Positions 52,152 through 61,511 of a stretch of DNA of 64,000 nucleotides are shown in pieces. Source of the stretch: Bryobacteraceae bacterium (GTDB lineage: Bacteria; Acidobacteriota; Terriglobia; Bryobacterales; Bryobacteraceae); the NCBI GenBank assembly GCA_035308525.1, contig DATGGM010000144.1, forward strand, positions 39,600 to 103,599, in the 5' to 3' direction. The number at the start of each line of letters is the position of its first letter. Positions within the stretch are counted from its first letter, which is position 1. Made by a program: the position numbers and the translations under genes. The notes beneath the pieces were generated by a model that saw only the letters and a list, made by a program, of their open reading frames with translations, had not been told where the DNA came from and did not search any database.

Positions 52152-53482
52152 AGATCAATTGGTTTTCACCGCTGCCTCCGGCGCACACCGGCATCGCTCA
52201 CTATGCGATGCAGATCCTGCCTATTCTGGCCCGGCGGCATGCAGTGGTCATATGGACGGACCAGGACCAGGTGGCGCCGGCGGTGCGCCGCATTGCGCGG
52301 GTCGCACAGTATAATCCGGCTGCCCCTCCCTGGCGAGAGATCAACGATGGTACGGTCTCGATTTACCACTTGGGCAACGATCCGGGCGTCCACGCCGGTA
52401 TATACTGCGTCAGCATCGGCCAACCGGGAATTGTCGTGTTGCACGATGTTTCTCTCCACGATTTCTTTTTTACGCTGGCCGCCCGCCAGGGAAAAAAGCA
52501 TGCCGGCTATCTGGCGGCCCTGCAGCGCTGGTATGGCGACGAGGGCCGTCGTGCGGGAGAGGCTTACTGCGCGGGAGGAATCCGCCCCGAAACCATGGCC
52601 CAGGAATATCCGATGACCCGCGAGGCTGTGTGGAACGCGCTTGGCGTTGTTACCCACTACCGCCGCGCGCTCGAGGAATTACACGAAACACCCACATGCC
52701 CGTCAGCCGCCCTGGAATTTCCATATTTGGCGAGTCGGGAATCGTCTTCGGAAAAGTCGGCGGCGCGCGGCGTGGCGCGGCCTCCGTTCTGGCTGGTGAC
52801 TTTCGGCTACATGAACCGAAACCGGCGGCTGGGGCCTCTCCTCGAAGCATTGGCCGGCATGCGTGAGCGTGATCAGTTCCGCCTGGATATTTGCGGGCAG
52901 ATCTGGGATGAAGGCCATATCCGCAGCGAAATTGAACGCTTCGGGTTGAATTCGCAGGTGAATCTGCACGGGTTTCTTTCAGAGAACCAATTGGACCATA
53001 AACTGAGCGTTGCGGACTTGGCCGTTAATCTCCGGTTCCCCTCGATGGGAGAAGCTTCTCTCAGCCAATTGCAATATTGGAACTATGGTCTGCCTACGCT
53101 GGTCACCCGTACCGGATGGTACGCATCGCTGCCGGAAGAGGCCGCCGTGTTTGTCCGGCCGGAACACGAGGTTGAAGACATTCAGGCCCACCTGCGAGCC
53201 TTTCTTGCTGACCCTGACGCTTTTCGTGCCATGGGCGAGCGCGGCAGGCAAGCGTTGAAAAACAACGATCCCGAGAAATATGTGGATGCCCTGACGCGGT
53301 TCGCATCCGAGGTCTTGCCGCTCGCGCCGGGTGTTCCGGCGCTGGCCCTGGCGCGCAAAATCGGCACCGATATGACGGATTGGCTGCACCCGGTGGCCGG
53401 CTCTTATCTGCTGGATCGCGCCAGCCGGGAGATTTGCAGGGTTTTTGGAGGAGCCGGCCATGAATGCTCATCCAGTGACTGA
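52145..53482 (+). CDS. GT4-family glycosyltransferase
   Basis: Start taken at in-frame GTG 52145 (VLKINWFSPLPPAHTGIAHY...), overlapping the previous stop. The track's upstream extension from 52046 overlaps paralogue B. C-terminal LRFPSMGEASLSQLQYWNYGLPTLVT. Confidence 0.7.
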   Translation: MLKINWFSPLPPAHTGIAHYAMQILPILARRHAVVIWTDQDQVAPAVRRIARVAQYNPAAPPWREINDGTVSIYHLGNDPGVHAGIYCVSIGQPGIVVLHDVSLHDFFFTLAARQGKKHAGYLAALQRWYGDEGRRAGEAYCAGGIRPETMAQEYPMTREAVWNALGVVTHYRRALEELHETPTCPSAALEFPYLASRESSSEKSAARGVARPPFWLVTFGYMNRNRRLGPLLEALAGMRERDQFRLDICGQIWDEGHIRSEIERFGLNSQVNLHGFLSENQLDHKLSVADLAVNLRFPSMGEASLSQLQYWNYGLPTLVTRTGWYASLPEEAAVFVRPEHEVEDIQAHLRAFLADPDAFRAMGERGRQALKNNDPEKYVDALTRFASEVLPLAPGVPALALARKIGTDMTDWLHPVAGSYLLDRASREICRVFGGAGHECSSSD

Positions 53483-54650
53483 ATGCTCCGCCGCTACAGA
53501 CCGGCAACTCGCCCCGTCTTTCCGGGGCGCCTGGATGGCGCTGGCCATATTTGGTGTTTCCCGGCTCATTATGCTCATGGGATTCGTGTTTTCGGTAACT
53601 TATGTCAAACCCAGCACCGCTCCCGGCCTTTGGAACATCTCCACGGCGTGGTGGCGCTATCTGCTTCGATTCGACTCCGCCTATTACTTGGACATCGCCC
53701 GCCAGGGTTATGCCTATAACGGGAATCCCCTGCAAATGCAGAATATTGTATTCTTTCCCGGATATCCTCTAATGGTCCGTCTGGCTGCCTGGGTGCTTCC
53801 GGTCTCGCTGCCGTTCAGCGCCATATTCGTATCTAACTTGTGTGCGGTGGGCGCGATCGTACTGCTGTACGGTTTGATCAGCCGTCTCTGGGGTCGCGAT
53901 GTCGCTCTCGTGACCGTAGCCCTTGTTTCGTTCTTTCCAACTTCTCTTTTTCTTTCCGCTGCATACTCGGAAGCCATCGCCTTGCTGTTCACCACGGCGG
54001 CCCTGACCTTTTTGTTCCGCGGCCGCCTCGCGCTGGCTTCCGTCTGCGCGGGATGTTTGTCCGCCACCCGCCCGATTGGATTTGTGCTCGCCGTTCCCCT
54101 GGCGTATGAGGTGTGGCTTCGCACCGGAAGGCGGTTCTCGTGGCGTTTCCTCGGTTACGCCGGCGCCGCGGCGGTTACCGCCGCGTCGGGTCTGATCGCC
54201 TTCGGTTTCTATTGCTGGATCCGGTTCCACGATCCGCTGGCTTTTCTGCACGCGCAGGCGGCATGGAGAGAAGCCGGTGGCACTGGCGGATTAGCCGCCT
54301 GGAGGCACCTTAAAGGTGGGCTCCGTGATCCTGGATTGCTCTATCAGCCGAACTTCAATGACGGATGGTTCTTTCTGGCCTTCCTGGTCATCACCATTGC
54401 GGCTTGGCGGCGCTTTCCCGCGGCCCTCAATCTGTACACTGCCGCCATCTTGGTCGCACTGATCGTAACCCGCGTGTTCGCGGAGCCGGGTTTCATCTCC
54501 ATGAACCGTTACCTGTTGCTCGTCTTCCCTTGCATGACCGGTGTCGCCTTGCTGGCCGGCCGCCGGCTGGCGCTCTTGATCTGCGCGCCTCTCGCCGCGC
54601 TGCTCCTCATTTATTCCGCATTGTTTGCCCAATGGCAATGGGCGGGTTAG
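53460..54650 (+). CDS. Polytopic GT-C-type membrane protein, PIG-V/mannosyltransferase-like
   Basis: ATG 53460 (the track's TTG is at 53445). RFDSAYYLDIARQGYAY...IVFFPGYPL is the motif I associate with PIG-V-like GT-C enzymes. Multiple TM segments follow. Confidence 0.55.
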   Translation: MNAHPVTECSAATDRQLAPSFRGAWMALAIFGVSRLIMLMGFVFSVTYVKPSTAPGLWNISTAWWRYLLRFDSAYYLDIARQGYAYNGNPLQMQNIVFFPGYPLMVRLAAWVLPVSLPFSAIFVSNLCAVGAIVLLYGLISRLWGRDVALVTVALVSFFPTSLFLSAAYSEAIALLFTTAALTFLFRGRLALASVCAGCLSATRPIGFVLAVPLAYEVWLRTGRRFSWRFLGYAGAAAVTAASGLIAFGFYCWIRFHDPLAFLHAQAAWREAGGTGGLAAWRHLKGGLRDPGLLYQPNFNDGWFFLAFLVITIAAWRRFPAALNLYTAAILVALIVTRVFAEPGFISMNRYLLLVFPCMTGVALLAGRRLALLICAPLAALLLIYSALFAQWQWAG

Positions 54651-54704
54651 CGTTCTTGGGGGGGGTGCTAAACTGATCCAAGACGGTGCCAACCACCTGA
54701 CTCC

Positions 54705-56072
54705 ATGCCTGCCGCGCGACCCGTAACACCCACTGTCCGTCCCGCCTATTACCTCACCGCCAGCTTCGTGTTTGTGGTGTTCGCCCGCGTGCCGGAAATC
54801 ATGGATCTGGTCCTGGGCGCGGCCGTGCATTCCGCGCGGTTGCTCATGGCTTTGTCAGTCCTGGCGATGATGTTTGGCGCCAGTATTAGGACCGTTTTCT
54901 CCAAGGTCGGCATCTGCCTGATGGCCTTTACCCTCTGGCTGTGTATCTGTACTCCGTTTAGCGTCTGGCGTGGCGGCAGCGCCCGCATGCTCAAGGATTC
55001 CTGGCTCTTGGCGCTGTTCTCCTATGCGATCATCGCGTCCACCGTCCAGGGCCTCCAGCAGTGCCGCAAGCTCATGTACACCTTGGCCGCCGCCACCGCC
55101 TTCATCGAGATCTTCACAATGGTGATCGGCCGCGTACAGCAGGGCCGCATGGCCCTGTTGGGAGGCACGCTGGCCAATGCCAACTATCTGGCCATGATGC
55201 TGCTCATGGGCGTGCCGTTCTGCCTCTTCGTGCTGCGCACCAAGCCCGGCATGTCGCCCTTGAGGCTCATCAGCCTGGTCATGCTGCTCGTCATTCCCGT
55301 CACGGTCGCGGCCACCGGTTCCCGCGGCGGCCTGGTCACGCTCATCTTCATGTTCCTGCTGTATTTTATGCCGCTGCCTTCCAGCCAGAAGGTGGTGGTG
55401 GCCGTCGCCTCGCTGATCCTCGCGGTGATCGCCATCGCCTGGTCCAGCCGCAGTGCGCTCGAACGGTACAAAACCATCTTCATCAATCCCGGCCAGGCGC
55501 GCCTGTCGGATTCCGAGCAGTCTGCCCTCGATTCCATGGGGCTGCGCAAGGAACTGCTGCTTGACAGTGTGCAATTAACTCTGCGGCATCCCTTGTTGGG
55601 CGTCGGGCCGGGTATGTTTTCGGTCGCCAATGCCAACTTTGTCGAGTCCACCACCGGGCGCGCGAACTGGAACGCATGGCATGAAACCCACAACACGTTC
55701 ACCCAGGTCTCCTGCGAGGATGGCCTGCCCGGACTGTTTCTGTATTGCCTGACGCTGTTCTACTGCTTCCGAATAGTGGGCGCCGCCGCCCGGCTGGCCC
55801 GCCAAAACCCGGCTCTATCCATGGTGGGGCACATGGCCTTCGCGCTGCGCCTTGCGCTCATCGCGTTTACCGGGACATCCCTTTTCTCCAGTAATGCCTA
55901 TGCGTATTACTTCCCCATGCTGGCGGGTTTGTGTGCGGCCCTGGAACGCGCCTGCGCCGACCAGGCGGCGGCCCTGATCCAGGCTGCTTCTCAGCCGGCG
56001 GCGGACAGCCGTCCCCGTACGGTTGGTATGATGGCGCGGCCCCGTCCGTCCGGCCTTCCACTGCGCCCGTGA
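54705..56072 (+). CDS. O-antigen ligase/polymerase family membrane protein (Wzy_C domain)
   Basis: 455 aa, ~10 TM segments. Central motif ATGSRGGLVTLIFMFLLYF and a periplasmic loop with RHPLLGVGPGMF...WHETHNTF, typical of the WaaL/Wzy family. Confidence 0.75.
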   Translation: MPAARPVTPTVRPAYYLTASFVFVVFARVPEIMDLVLGAAVHSARLLMALSVLAMMFGASIRTVFSKVGICLMAFTLWLCICTPFSVWRGGSARMLKDSWLLALFSYAIIASTVQGLQQCRKLMYTLAAATAFIEIFTMVIGRVQQGRMALLGGTLANANYLAMMLLMGVPFCLFVLRTKPGMSPLRLISLVMLLVIPVTVAATGSRGGLVTLIFMFLLYFMPLPSSQKVVVAVASLILAVIAIAWSSRSALERYKTIFINPGQARLSDSEQSALDSMGLRKELLLDSVQLTLRHPLLGVGPGMFSVANANFVESTTGRANWNAWHETHNTFTQVSCEDGLPGLFLYCLTLFYCFRIVGAAARLARQNPALSMVGHMAFALRLALIAFTGTSLFSSNAYAYYFPMLAGLCAALERACADQAAALIQAASQPAADSRPRTVGMMARPRPSGLPLRP

Positions 56073-59000
56073 CCGGATTCCACCATTGCCGGTTGCCCTT
56101 CTTGCTGGCTGCCTCCGCCGGATTCTCCCTGGCGGCGATTAGCGATGTGCGCATCATAGGCGCCACCGCCACGCAAGCCATCATCGCCTACACCGCGCCC
56201 GATCAGAGCCCCTGCGCTATCGTCGTCAGCGAGTACGGTTCCCTGGCGCCTCTGGTCCACGATGTGGACCCCACCATCTTCGACGGCGCCGACCAGGATA
56301 CCCGGCCCGGCAACCTCGTGAGCGGACCTGCTCGCGTTGCCGTGATCGGCAAGCGCTCGTCCGAATTGGCCACCGCCGGCCCCTTCGTCGGGGTCCGCCA
56401 CTACTCGCGCGCGCTGCAGGCCTACACCGCGCATTATGGACGCATCCTGTGCGGCGCCGACACCGCTACGTTCAACTTCACCACCACCAACATCCCACTG
56501 GGCAATACCTACGGAGACCCCTGGTTGCAGGACGCTGCGCATCCCGGTGAGCAGCCTTGGCCCGAATCCGTTGGCGGCCTCGCGCCCGAATCCTTCGTCG
56601 ATCCGCTCACCGGCGTGCTCCTGCGCCGTCTGGGTCTGCGCAGCAATGATTACAGACTGTGGAACAGCGCCAATGGGCCGCTGCCCGTCTTCGGATCGGC
56701 TTACAACCAGGGCCAAAACAATCCCTGCGATACCGCCGGTCCCTGGACGAACCCGTGCGGGACGATCGTCTCGGGCGGTTCCCGCAGCACCACGGTCGGC
56801 AACAGTCGGGCGCCGCTGGTGCTGCGGCCGCCGCTGAATACTCCCGGGAGCCCATGGCCCTGGAACTCCGGTTACGCAGGCAATTCATACAACCAGTTTT
56901 GGACTCTCGACCAGCTATCCGTCACCCTCACCGGCTCCGTGAATTCGCCCGTCAAATCCAACCGCGTGTTGGATGTGTGCCTCTCCCTGAACGGCGGCGC
57001 GTCCTGCGCCAGCGCCACGCAGCAGTTGACCCTCGACCAGTCCACCGGTTCGCAAACCGTCGGCCAGATGAATGCCGACAACTTCGGCGTGCTGCCTTGG
57101 TTGCTCGACACCAACCCGCGCTTCAACGCCCAGGAATCGTCCCCCAATGCCAGTCCTGGCGGCAGCCCCGGAGCCACCGCCAGCGGCAATACGCTCACCT
57201 GGACCGCCGGCAGCAATTACTGGAGCTTGTACTGGACCGCCGGAGGCAATGGCCGTATCCGCCTGTCCACTGTCTCCACGGCCGACGCCTGCGCCACGCC
57301 TCCGGCCGCCACCAGTTCTGCGGAATACATCATCACCGGTTTCATCGATGGCCTCCACATTACCGTCTCCCCACCCCCGCCCGGCGGCAATCTCTACTGG
57401 TGCGAGAACAATTTCGCGGTGATGGTCTGGCGCGACCAGGCGCCTTCCGATGGCAGCACCGTCACGCTCACCGCCGCCAATATGGCGATGCTGGAGAGTT
57501 TCCAGGACGCGTATCCGGATAACGGAGCCGGCACCGCCTGTTTCAACAAGCTGGTGCAGGACGGCTTCTTCTGTATCTACGGTGGCCTGTACTGGATCAA
57601 CCCGGCCACCGGAGCGTCGGTTGATTACGGCTTCATGTCCCTGCCGGGCCCCGGCATCGCCAACTCCTGGTATCCCATCGGAATCCTGGGTGCCGGCGAA
57701 ACGGCCAATATCGACCAGACGCAGAGCGTTTTCACTTTCTACAGCATTTCCTTCAGCCTCTCGACCGACCCCTCGGGCATTAGCCCCCTGGTCATTCAAG
57801 GCGTCTTTGATCCGGCCTCGATCACGCAGCCGCCGCCTTATGCAAACGGCAACCAGATCGGGAATGCTTCCATAACCGGCAAAACTGCCTATTCCGTCAC
57901 TTATAACAACGGCCTCACGTTCACCAACCTCACTCCCCAAAGTCTCAACCAGACCATCGTGCAGCAGATGGCCGCCTTCGACCCGTCGTTCAACGCGGTC
58001 AAGTTCAGTACCGGGCCGAACAGCTGGAATTGCCTTCCGTACGGTGACTCGATCGGCATCTTCTACTTCACGTGTTTCTCTCTCGGGGGGGACAGCCCGG
58101 CCTGGATCTTTGCATTCTCTCCCGGCGATGGAAATCCTGCCCACGCCGGATCCGCCAGTGGGCCGCATATCGCCGGAGCCATCAACACTTTCAACACACC
58201 GCCAGGGCCCGTGGCCCCCAATCAGACCGCCCTCACGGGCCGGGCCCTGCACGCCATCGGCGAAACCGGCGAGACCGGTTGGATCAATCTCAATTTGCAC
58301 CTCTGGCCGTCCATAAACACATCCGCCAACAGCGTGCCCGCCACCAGCGCCGATTGCGCGACGTTCGGCCATGACCTCCCATCCGGCAATCAGTGCGTCC
58401 TGCTGAATATCGACAGCCATACCAGCGGTGGAGTCACCGGCTACGAGCCCTACTTCTCGCCGCCGAGGTTTCAATTCACCGGAGCTCCCGGCGAGATGCG
58501 TACCACCCAAACCGGCGACACCGCTTGCGTCTCCCCCGGCCAGGCCGGCAGCTGCAATTGGTGGGATGGAACGAATGAGCTCCTGACGTTGGTGTATAAG
58601 GGCCCGAACGGCGCGTGGATCTTCGAGCGCAATCGCTATGGCGCCCAAAAAGCGATCCCCTCGGGGCCTGTGATTCTCTGGTGGCAAAGCTATCAATCCA
58701 GCCTGCCCCCTGGAGCCACCGTGGCTGTCAATGTGCCCAGCGCCATGACCGTCTACTGGAACCCCACCGCCGGATGTGGCGGCTTGCCCGACCCGCACGG
58801 CAACTGCCTCATGCAGGATACCAACGAAACCATCGGCCACGGCGAATGGCGCGACGGCGGCGAGGCCGTCTCCACTAACGTGCCGGTGTGGATCCAGCCG
58901 TTCTGGGGCTGGCCCACCGACTATCAGACCATCGTCGGCGGCGTGCCCGGAATCCTGAGCAAGCCCTTCGCCAACGAGACCCCCGCGCAGGCCCCCGGAG

Positions 59001-60082
59001 TGAACTACACGAGTACCGACCCGCCCTTCGCCGGAGTGTACGGGCATCCCTGGGGCTTCGATCTGGGGACCCATCCCAACCCGGCCGGCGCCAACGCCTC
59101 GGCCAATGAATCCATCCGCGCGTTCGACAACATCCCCGTGCAGGGAAGCGCCTACGATCCGCAGTTCACCTCCGTTGCCGGACAGCTCTACTCCGCGACA
59201 CCCGCCGCCGTAACCGACCCCGACAACATCTTCGGCGCCGGCAATACGCCCGCCATCAATCGCAAGTTGATGGCGCAGGGAAACAGTTGCGGCGCGCACC
59301 CGCTCGTCGATCTCAGCGGCCCGGGTTCCCACATCCCCTCGGACACGGCCGCTTCCTACACGGTGTGCTACGCGCGCGCCGGCGGCGAATGCTATCCCGG
59401 CAGTGCCGCCGGCCAGGTCTATGTCAATTGTCCCGGCGTCGTCTGGAATTATTGCTCCGGTACCAGCATTCATGGCGGTACGCCGTTGGGCGTCGGCAAC
59501 GATATCTGTGTCGGCAATCAAGGTGCCGCGTCGGATGCCGTCCGCCAGTTCACCCTCGACCGCACCGATCAGGCGGGAGCCTATACGCGCACGCTGGTGA
59601 CCGCCACGTCCCGCCTGCGCATGGTGACCGGTTTTGAAAACAACCGCCTGCTGCCCGACAATTCCTGGCTCCTGTTCCGCATGGAATTCCCTGAATACCA
59701 GTCGCAACAAATGTGGATGGCCAAGATGCCGCCTTATCCCCCCACCGATTCCATCGGCCGCGGCGCCTTCGTGCCCATGGTTCTCAACCTGCAGCCGCCG
59801 GCGGGTGTCAGCGTGGATAATGCAGTCGTCGAATTCGGCTATACGGAGTATTCCGGCAACTGCACCAGCCGCAAAGATCCCTGCCTCGCGAACGCCTCCA
59901 CGGTCGGCGCGCCGCCCTTCTTATTCGCCAGTGAGAATCCCCGCGGAGTGCCCTGCTCTTCCAGCTGCACCATCGCCGTACCCGCAATTTCACAGCGTGT
60001 GCTCTACTACCAGGTGATCTACCGCGACAAATCCGACCACACCGTCGCCGCCAGCCCTTATCAGGCCGCGGCCGTCCCGTAA
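56069..60082 (+). CDS. Orphan secreted protein, 1337 aa, Cys/Trp/Asn/Gly/Pro-rich, no recognisable domain
   Basis: Start taken at in-frame GTG 56069 (GTGA overlap with the preceding stop), giving a signal-like VTGFHHCRLPFLLAASAGFSLAA. The track's 55931 start overlaps the previous gene. GC-rich third positions and ordinary composition support the + frame over the 931-aa antisense ORF. Confidence 0.7.
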   Translation: MTGFHHCRLPFLLAASAGFSLAAISDVRIIGATATQAIIAYTAPDQSPCAIVVSEYGSLAPLVHDVDPTIFDGADQDTRPGNLVSGPARVAVIGKRSSELATAGPFVGVRHYSRALQAYTAHYGRILCGADTATFNFTTTNIPLGNTYGDPWLQDAAHPGEQPWPESVGGLAPESFVDPLTGVLLRRLGLRSNDYRLWNSANGPLPVFGSAYNQGQNNPCDTAGPWTNPCGTIVSGGSRSTTVGNSRAPLVLRPPLNTPGSPWPWNSGYAGNSYNQFWTLDQLSVTLTGSVNSPVKSNRVLDVCLSLNGGASCASATQQLTLDQSTGSQTVGQMNADNFGVLPWLLDTNPRFNAQESSPNASPGGSPGATASGNTLTWTAGSNYWSLYWTAGGNGRIRLSTVSTADACATPPAATSSAEYIITGFIDGLHITVSPPPPGGNLYWCENNFAVMVWRDQAPSDGSTVTLTAANMAMLESFQDAYPDNGAGTACFNKLVQDGFFCIYGGLYWINPATGASVDYGFMSLPGPGIANSWYPIGILGAGETANIDQTQSVFTFYSISFSLSTDPSGISPLVIQGVFDPASITQPPPYANGNQIGNASITGKTAYSVTYNNGLTFTNLTPQSLNQTIVQQMAAFDPSFNAVKFSTGPNSWNCLPYGDSIGIFYFTCFSLGGDSPAWIFAFSPGDGNPAHAGSASGPHIAGAINTFNTPPGPVAPNQTALTGRALHAIGETGETGWINLNLHLWPSINTSANSVPATSADCATFGHDLPSGNQCVLLNIDSHTSGGVTGYEPYFSPPRFQFTGAPGEMRTTQTGDTACVSPGQAGSCNWWDGTNELLTLVYKGPNGAWIFERNRYGAQKAIPSGPVILWWQSYQSSLPPGATVAVNVPSAMTVYWNPTAGCGGLPDPHGNCLMQDTNETIGHGEWRDGGEAVSTNVPVWIQPFWGWPTDYQTIVGGVPGILSKPFANETPAQAPGVNYTSTDPPFAGVYGHPWGFDLGTHPNPAGANASANESIRAFDNIPVQGSAYDPQFTSVAGQLYSATPAAVTDPDNIFGAGNTPAINRKLMAQGNSCGAHPLVDLSGPGSHIPSDTAASYTVCYARAGGECYPGSAAGQVYVNCPGVVWNYCSGTSIHGGTPLGVGNDICVGNQGAASDAVRQFTLDRTDQAGAYTRTLVTATSRLRMVTGFENNRLLPDNSWLLFRMEFPEYQSQQMWMAKMPPYPPTDSIGRGAFVPMVLNLQPPAGVSVDNAVVEFGYTEYSGNCTSRKDPCLANASTVGAPPFLFASENPRGVPCSSSCTIAVPAISQRVLYYQVIYRDKSDHTVAASPYQAAAVP

Positions 60083-60256
60083 CACAGGCGAAGCTGAACG
60101 CTTATTCCGGATGTTTCGCGTCCCCGGTCGTCCACTCCGATACGAACCTGCGGTCGAGAGCGCAAGGCGATCCTGATCGTGGCCTTCGCAGAAACAGGAT
60201 CGATTTCACCAAAGCGGGCTCGTTAGACCGCATATCCTACATGCCATACTGGTGTC

Positions 60257-61510
60257 GTGCCCGCCCCAAACGTCGCCGTACTCGGCCTGGGATACGTCGG
60301 CTCAGTCACTGCCGCCTGCCTTGCCCATCTCGGTCACCACGTCATCGGCGTGGACCCGGATGAGCACAAAGTAAACAGTATCCAGACTGCGCGCGCCCCT
60401 TTCTATGAGCCCGGATTGGCCGGGCTGATTCAGGAAGGAAGCGCCAACGGCCGCCTGTCCGCCACCACCATGCTGGAGCCCGCGCTCGCCCGCGCCGATA
60501 TCGCCCTGGTCGCCGTGGGCACTCCGTCCGAGCGCAACGGCAACCTCGGCCTCGAGCAGTTGCGCCGCGTACTCCGCCAGATCGCGGCCGCCCGCCCCGA
60601 AAAATCCGGCCGCCTGATCGTCGCCGTTCGCAGCACGGTTTTTCCCGGCACTTGTGAAGACCTGGCCGCCGAATGCTTCGCCGGTGCCCATCGCTTTACC
60701 GTGGTCTCCAACCCCGAGTTCCTGCGCGAAGGCAACGCCGTGAGTGACTTCCTCGAACCGTCCCTGGTGGTCGTGGGAGGCGATGACCGGTGCGCCGTGG
60801 AAACCGTGGCGGAGCTCTATCGTCCGCTCGGCCCGGAACCGTGCCTGGTGTCGCTGCGCGCCGCCGAGATGATCAAGTACGCCTGCAACACCTTTCATGC
60901 CCTCAAAGTAACTTTCGCCAATGAAATGGGCACGCTCAGCGCTGCCCTGGACATTCCTCCGGGCGAGGTCATGGACACCCTGTGCCGCGACACCCGGCTG
61001 AATATCTCACGCGCCTATCTGTCCCCCGGTTTCGCCTTCGGCGGCTCGTGCCTGCCCAAGGATCTGCGCGCCCTGGTCTACCGCGCCGGCCGGCTGGATC
61101 TCAAGGTGCCGTTACTCGAAACGGTCCTGCCCAGCAATGACGAGCACCTCCGTCGCGCGATCCGCCGCGTGATGGATCTGCCCGCCGAAAGGCTCGCCGT
61201 CTTCGGCCTGGCGTTCAAGGAAAACACGGACGACTTGCGCGAAAGCCCGGTGGTCGCCCTGCTCGAGCACCTCATCGGCAAAGGCCGCCAGGTGCGGGTC
61301 CACGATCCGCACATTCGCCTCGACGAGATCTACGGCAGCAATCAGCGCTTCGTGCTGTCCGCCATCCCGCACATCGCCAGCCTGTTCGAACCTGGCCTGG
61401 AGAAGATGCTCGCCTGGGCCGGCCACGTCATCATCACCCAGCGGCCGGCGCCCGAAGCTCTCGATCTCATCCACCGCAGCGGCCTCCCCGTTCTGGACCT
61501 GGCGCACTGA
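60257..61510 (+). CDS. UDP-glucose/GDP-mannose dehydrogenase family enzyme, closest by eye to GDP-mannose 6-dehydrogenase (AlgD-like)
   Basis: 417 aa, GTG start. VAVLGLGYVGSVTAACL, GRLSATT, VGTPSERNGNLGL, VRSTVFPGT, and catalytic-Cys motif GFAFGGSCLPKDLRAL. Several blocks mirror AlgD as I remember it. Confidence 0.7.
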   Translation: MPAPNVAVLGLGYVGSVTAACLAHLGHHVIGVDPDEHKVNSIQTARAPFYEPGLAGLIQEGSANGRLSATTMLEPALARADIALVAVGTPSERNGNLGLEQLRRVLRQIAAARPEKSGRLIVAVRSTVFPGTCEDLAAECFAGAHRFTVVSNPEFLREGNAVSDFLEPSLVVVGGDDRCAVETVAELYRPLGPEPCLVSLRAAEMIKYACNTFHALKVTFANEMGTLSAALDIPPGEVMDTLCRDTRLNISRAYLSPGFAFGGSCLPKDLRALVYRAGRLDLKVPLLETVLPSNDEHLRRAIRRVMDLPAERLAVFGLAFKENTDDLRESPVVALLEHLIGKGRQVRVHDPHIRLDEIYGSNQRFVLSAIPHIASLFEPGLEKMLAWAGHVIITQRPAPEALDLIHRSGLPVLDLAH

Positions 61511-61511
61511 A

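Noticed and set aside
56915-59710. 931-aa minus-strand ORF, the longest antisense ORF in the window
   Set aside because: It is Arg/Gly/Ala-dominated and repetitive. The + frame has a signal peptide, normal composition and GC-rich third positions. The same reasoning rejects 30379-31389, 33522-34952, 43828-44715, 48503-49492, 50362-51093 and 54855-55574.
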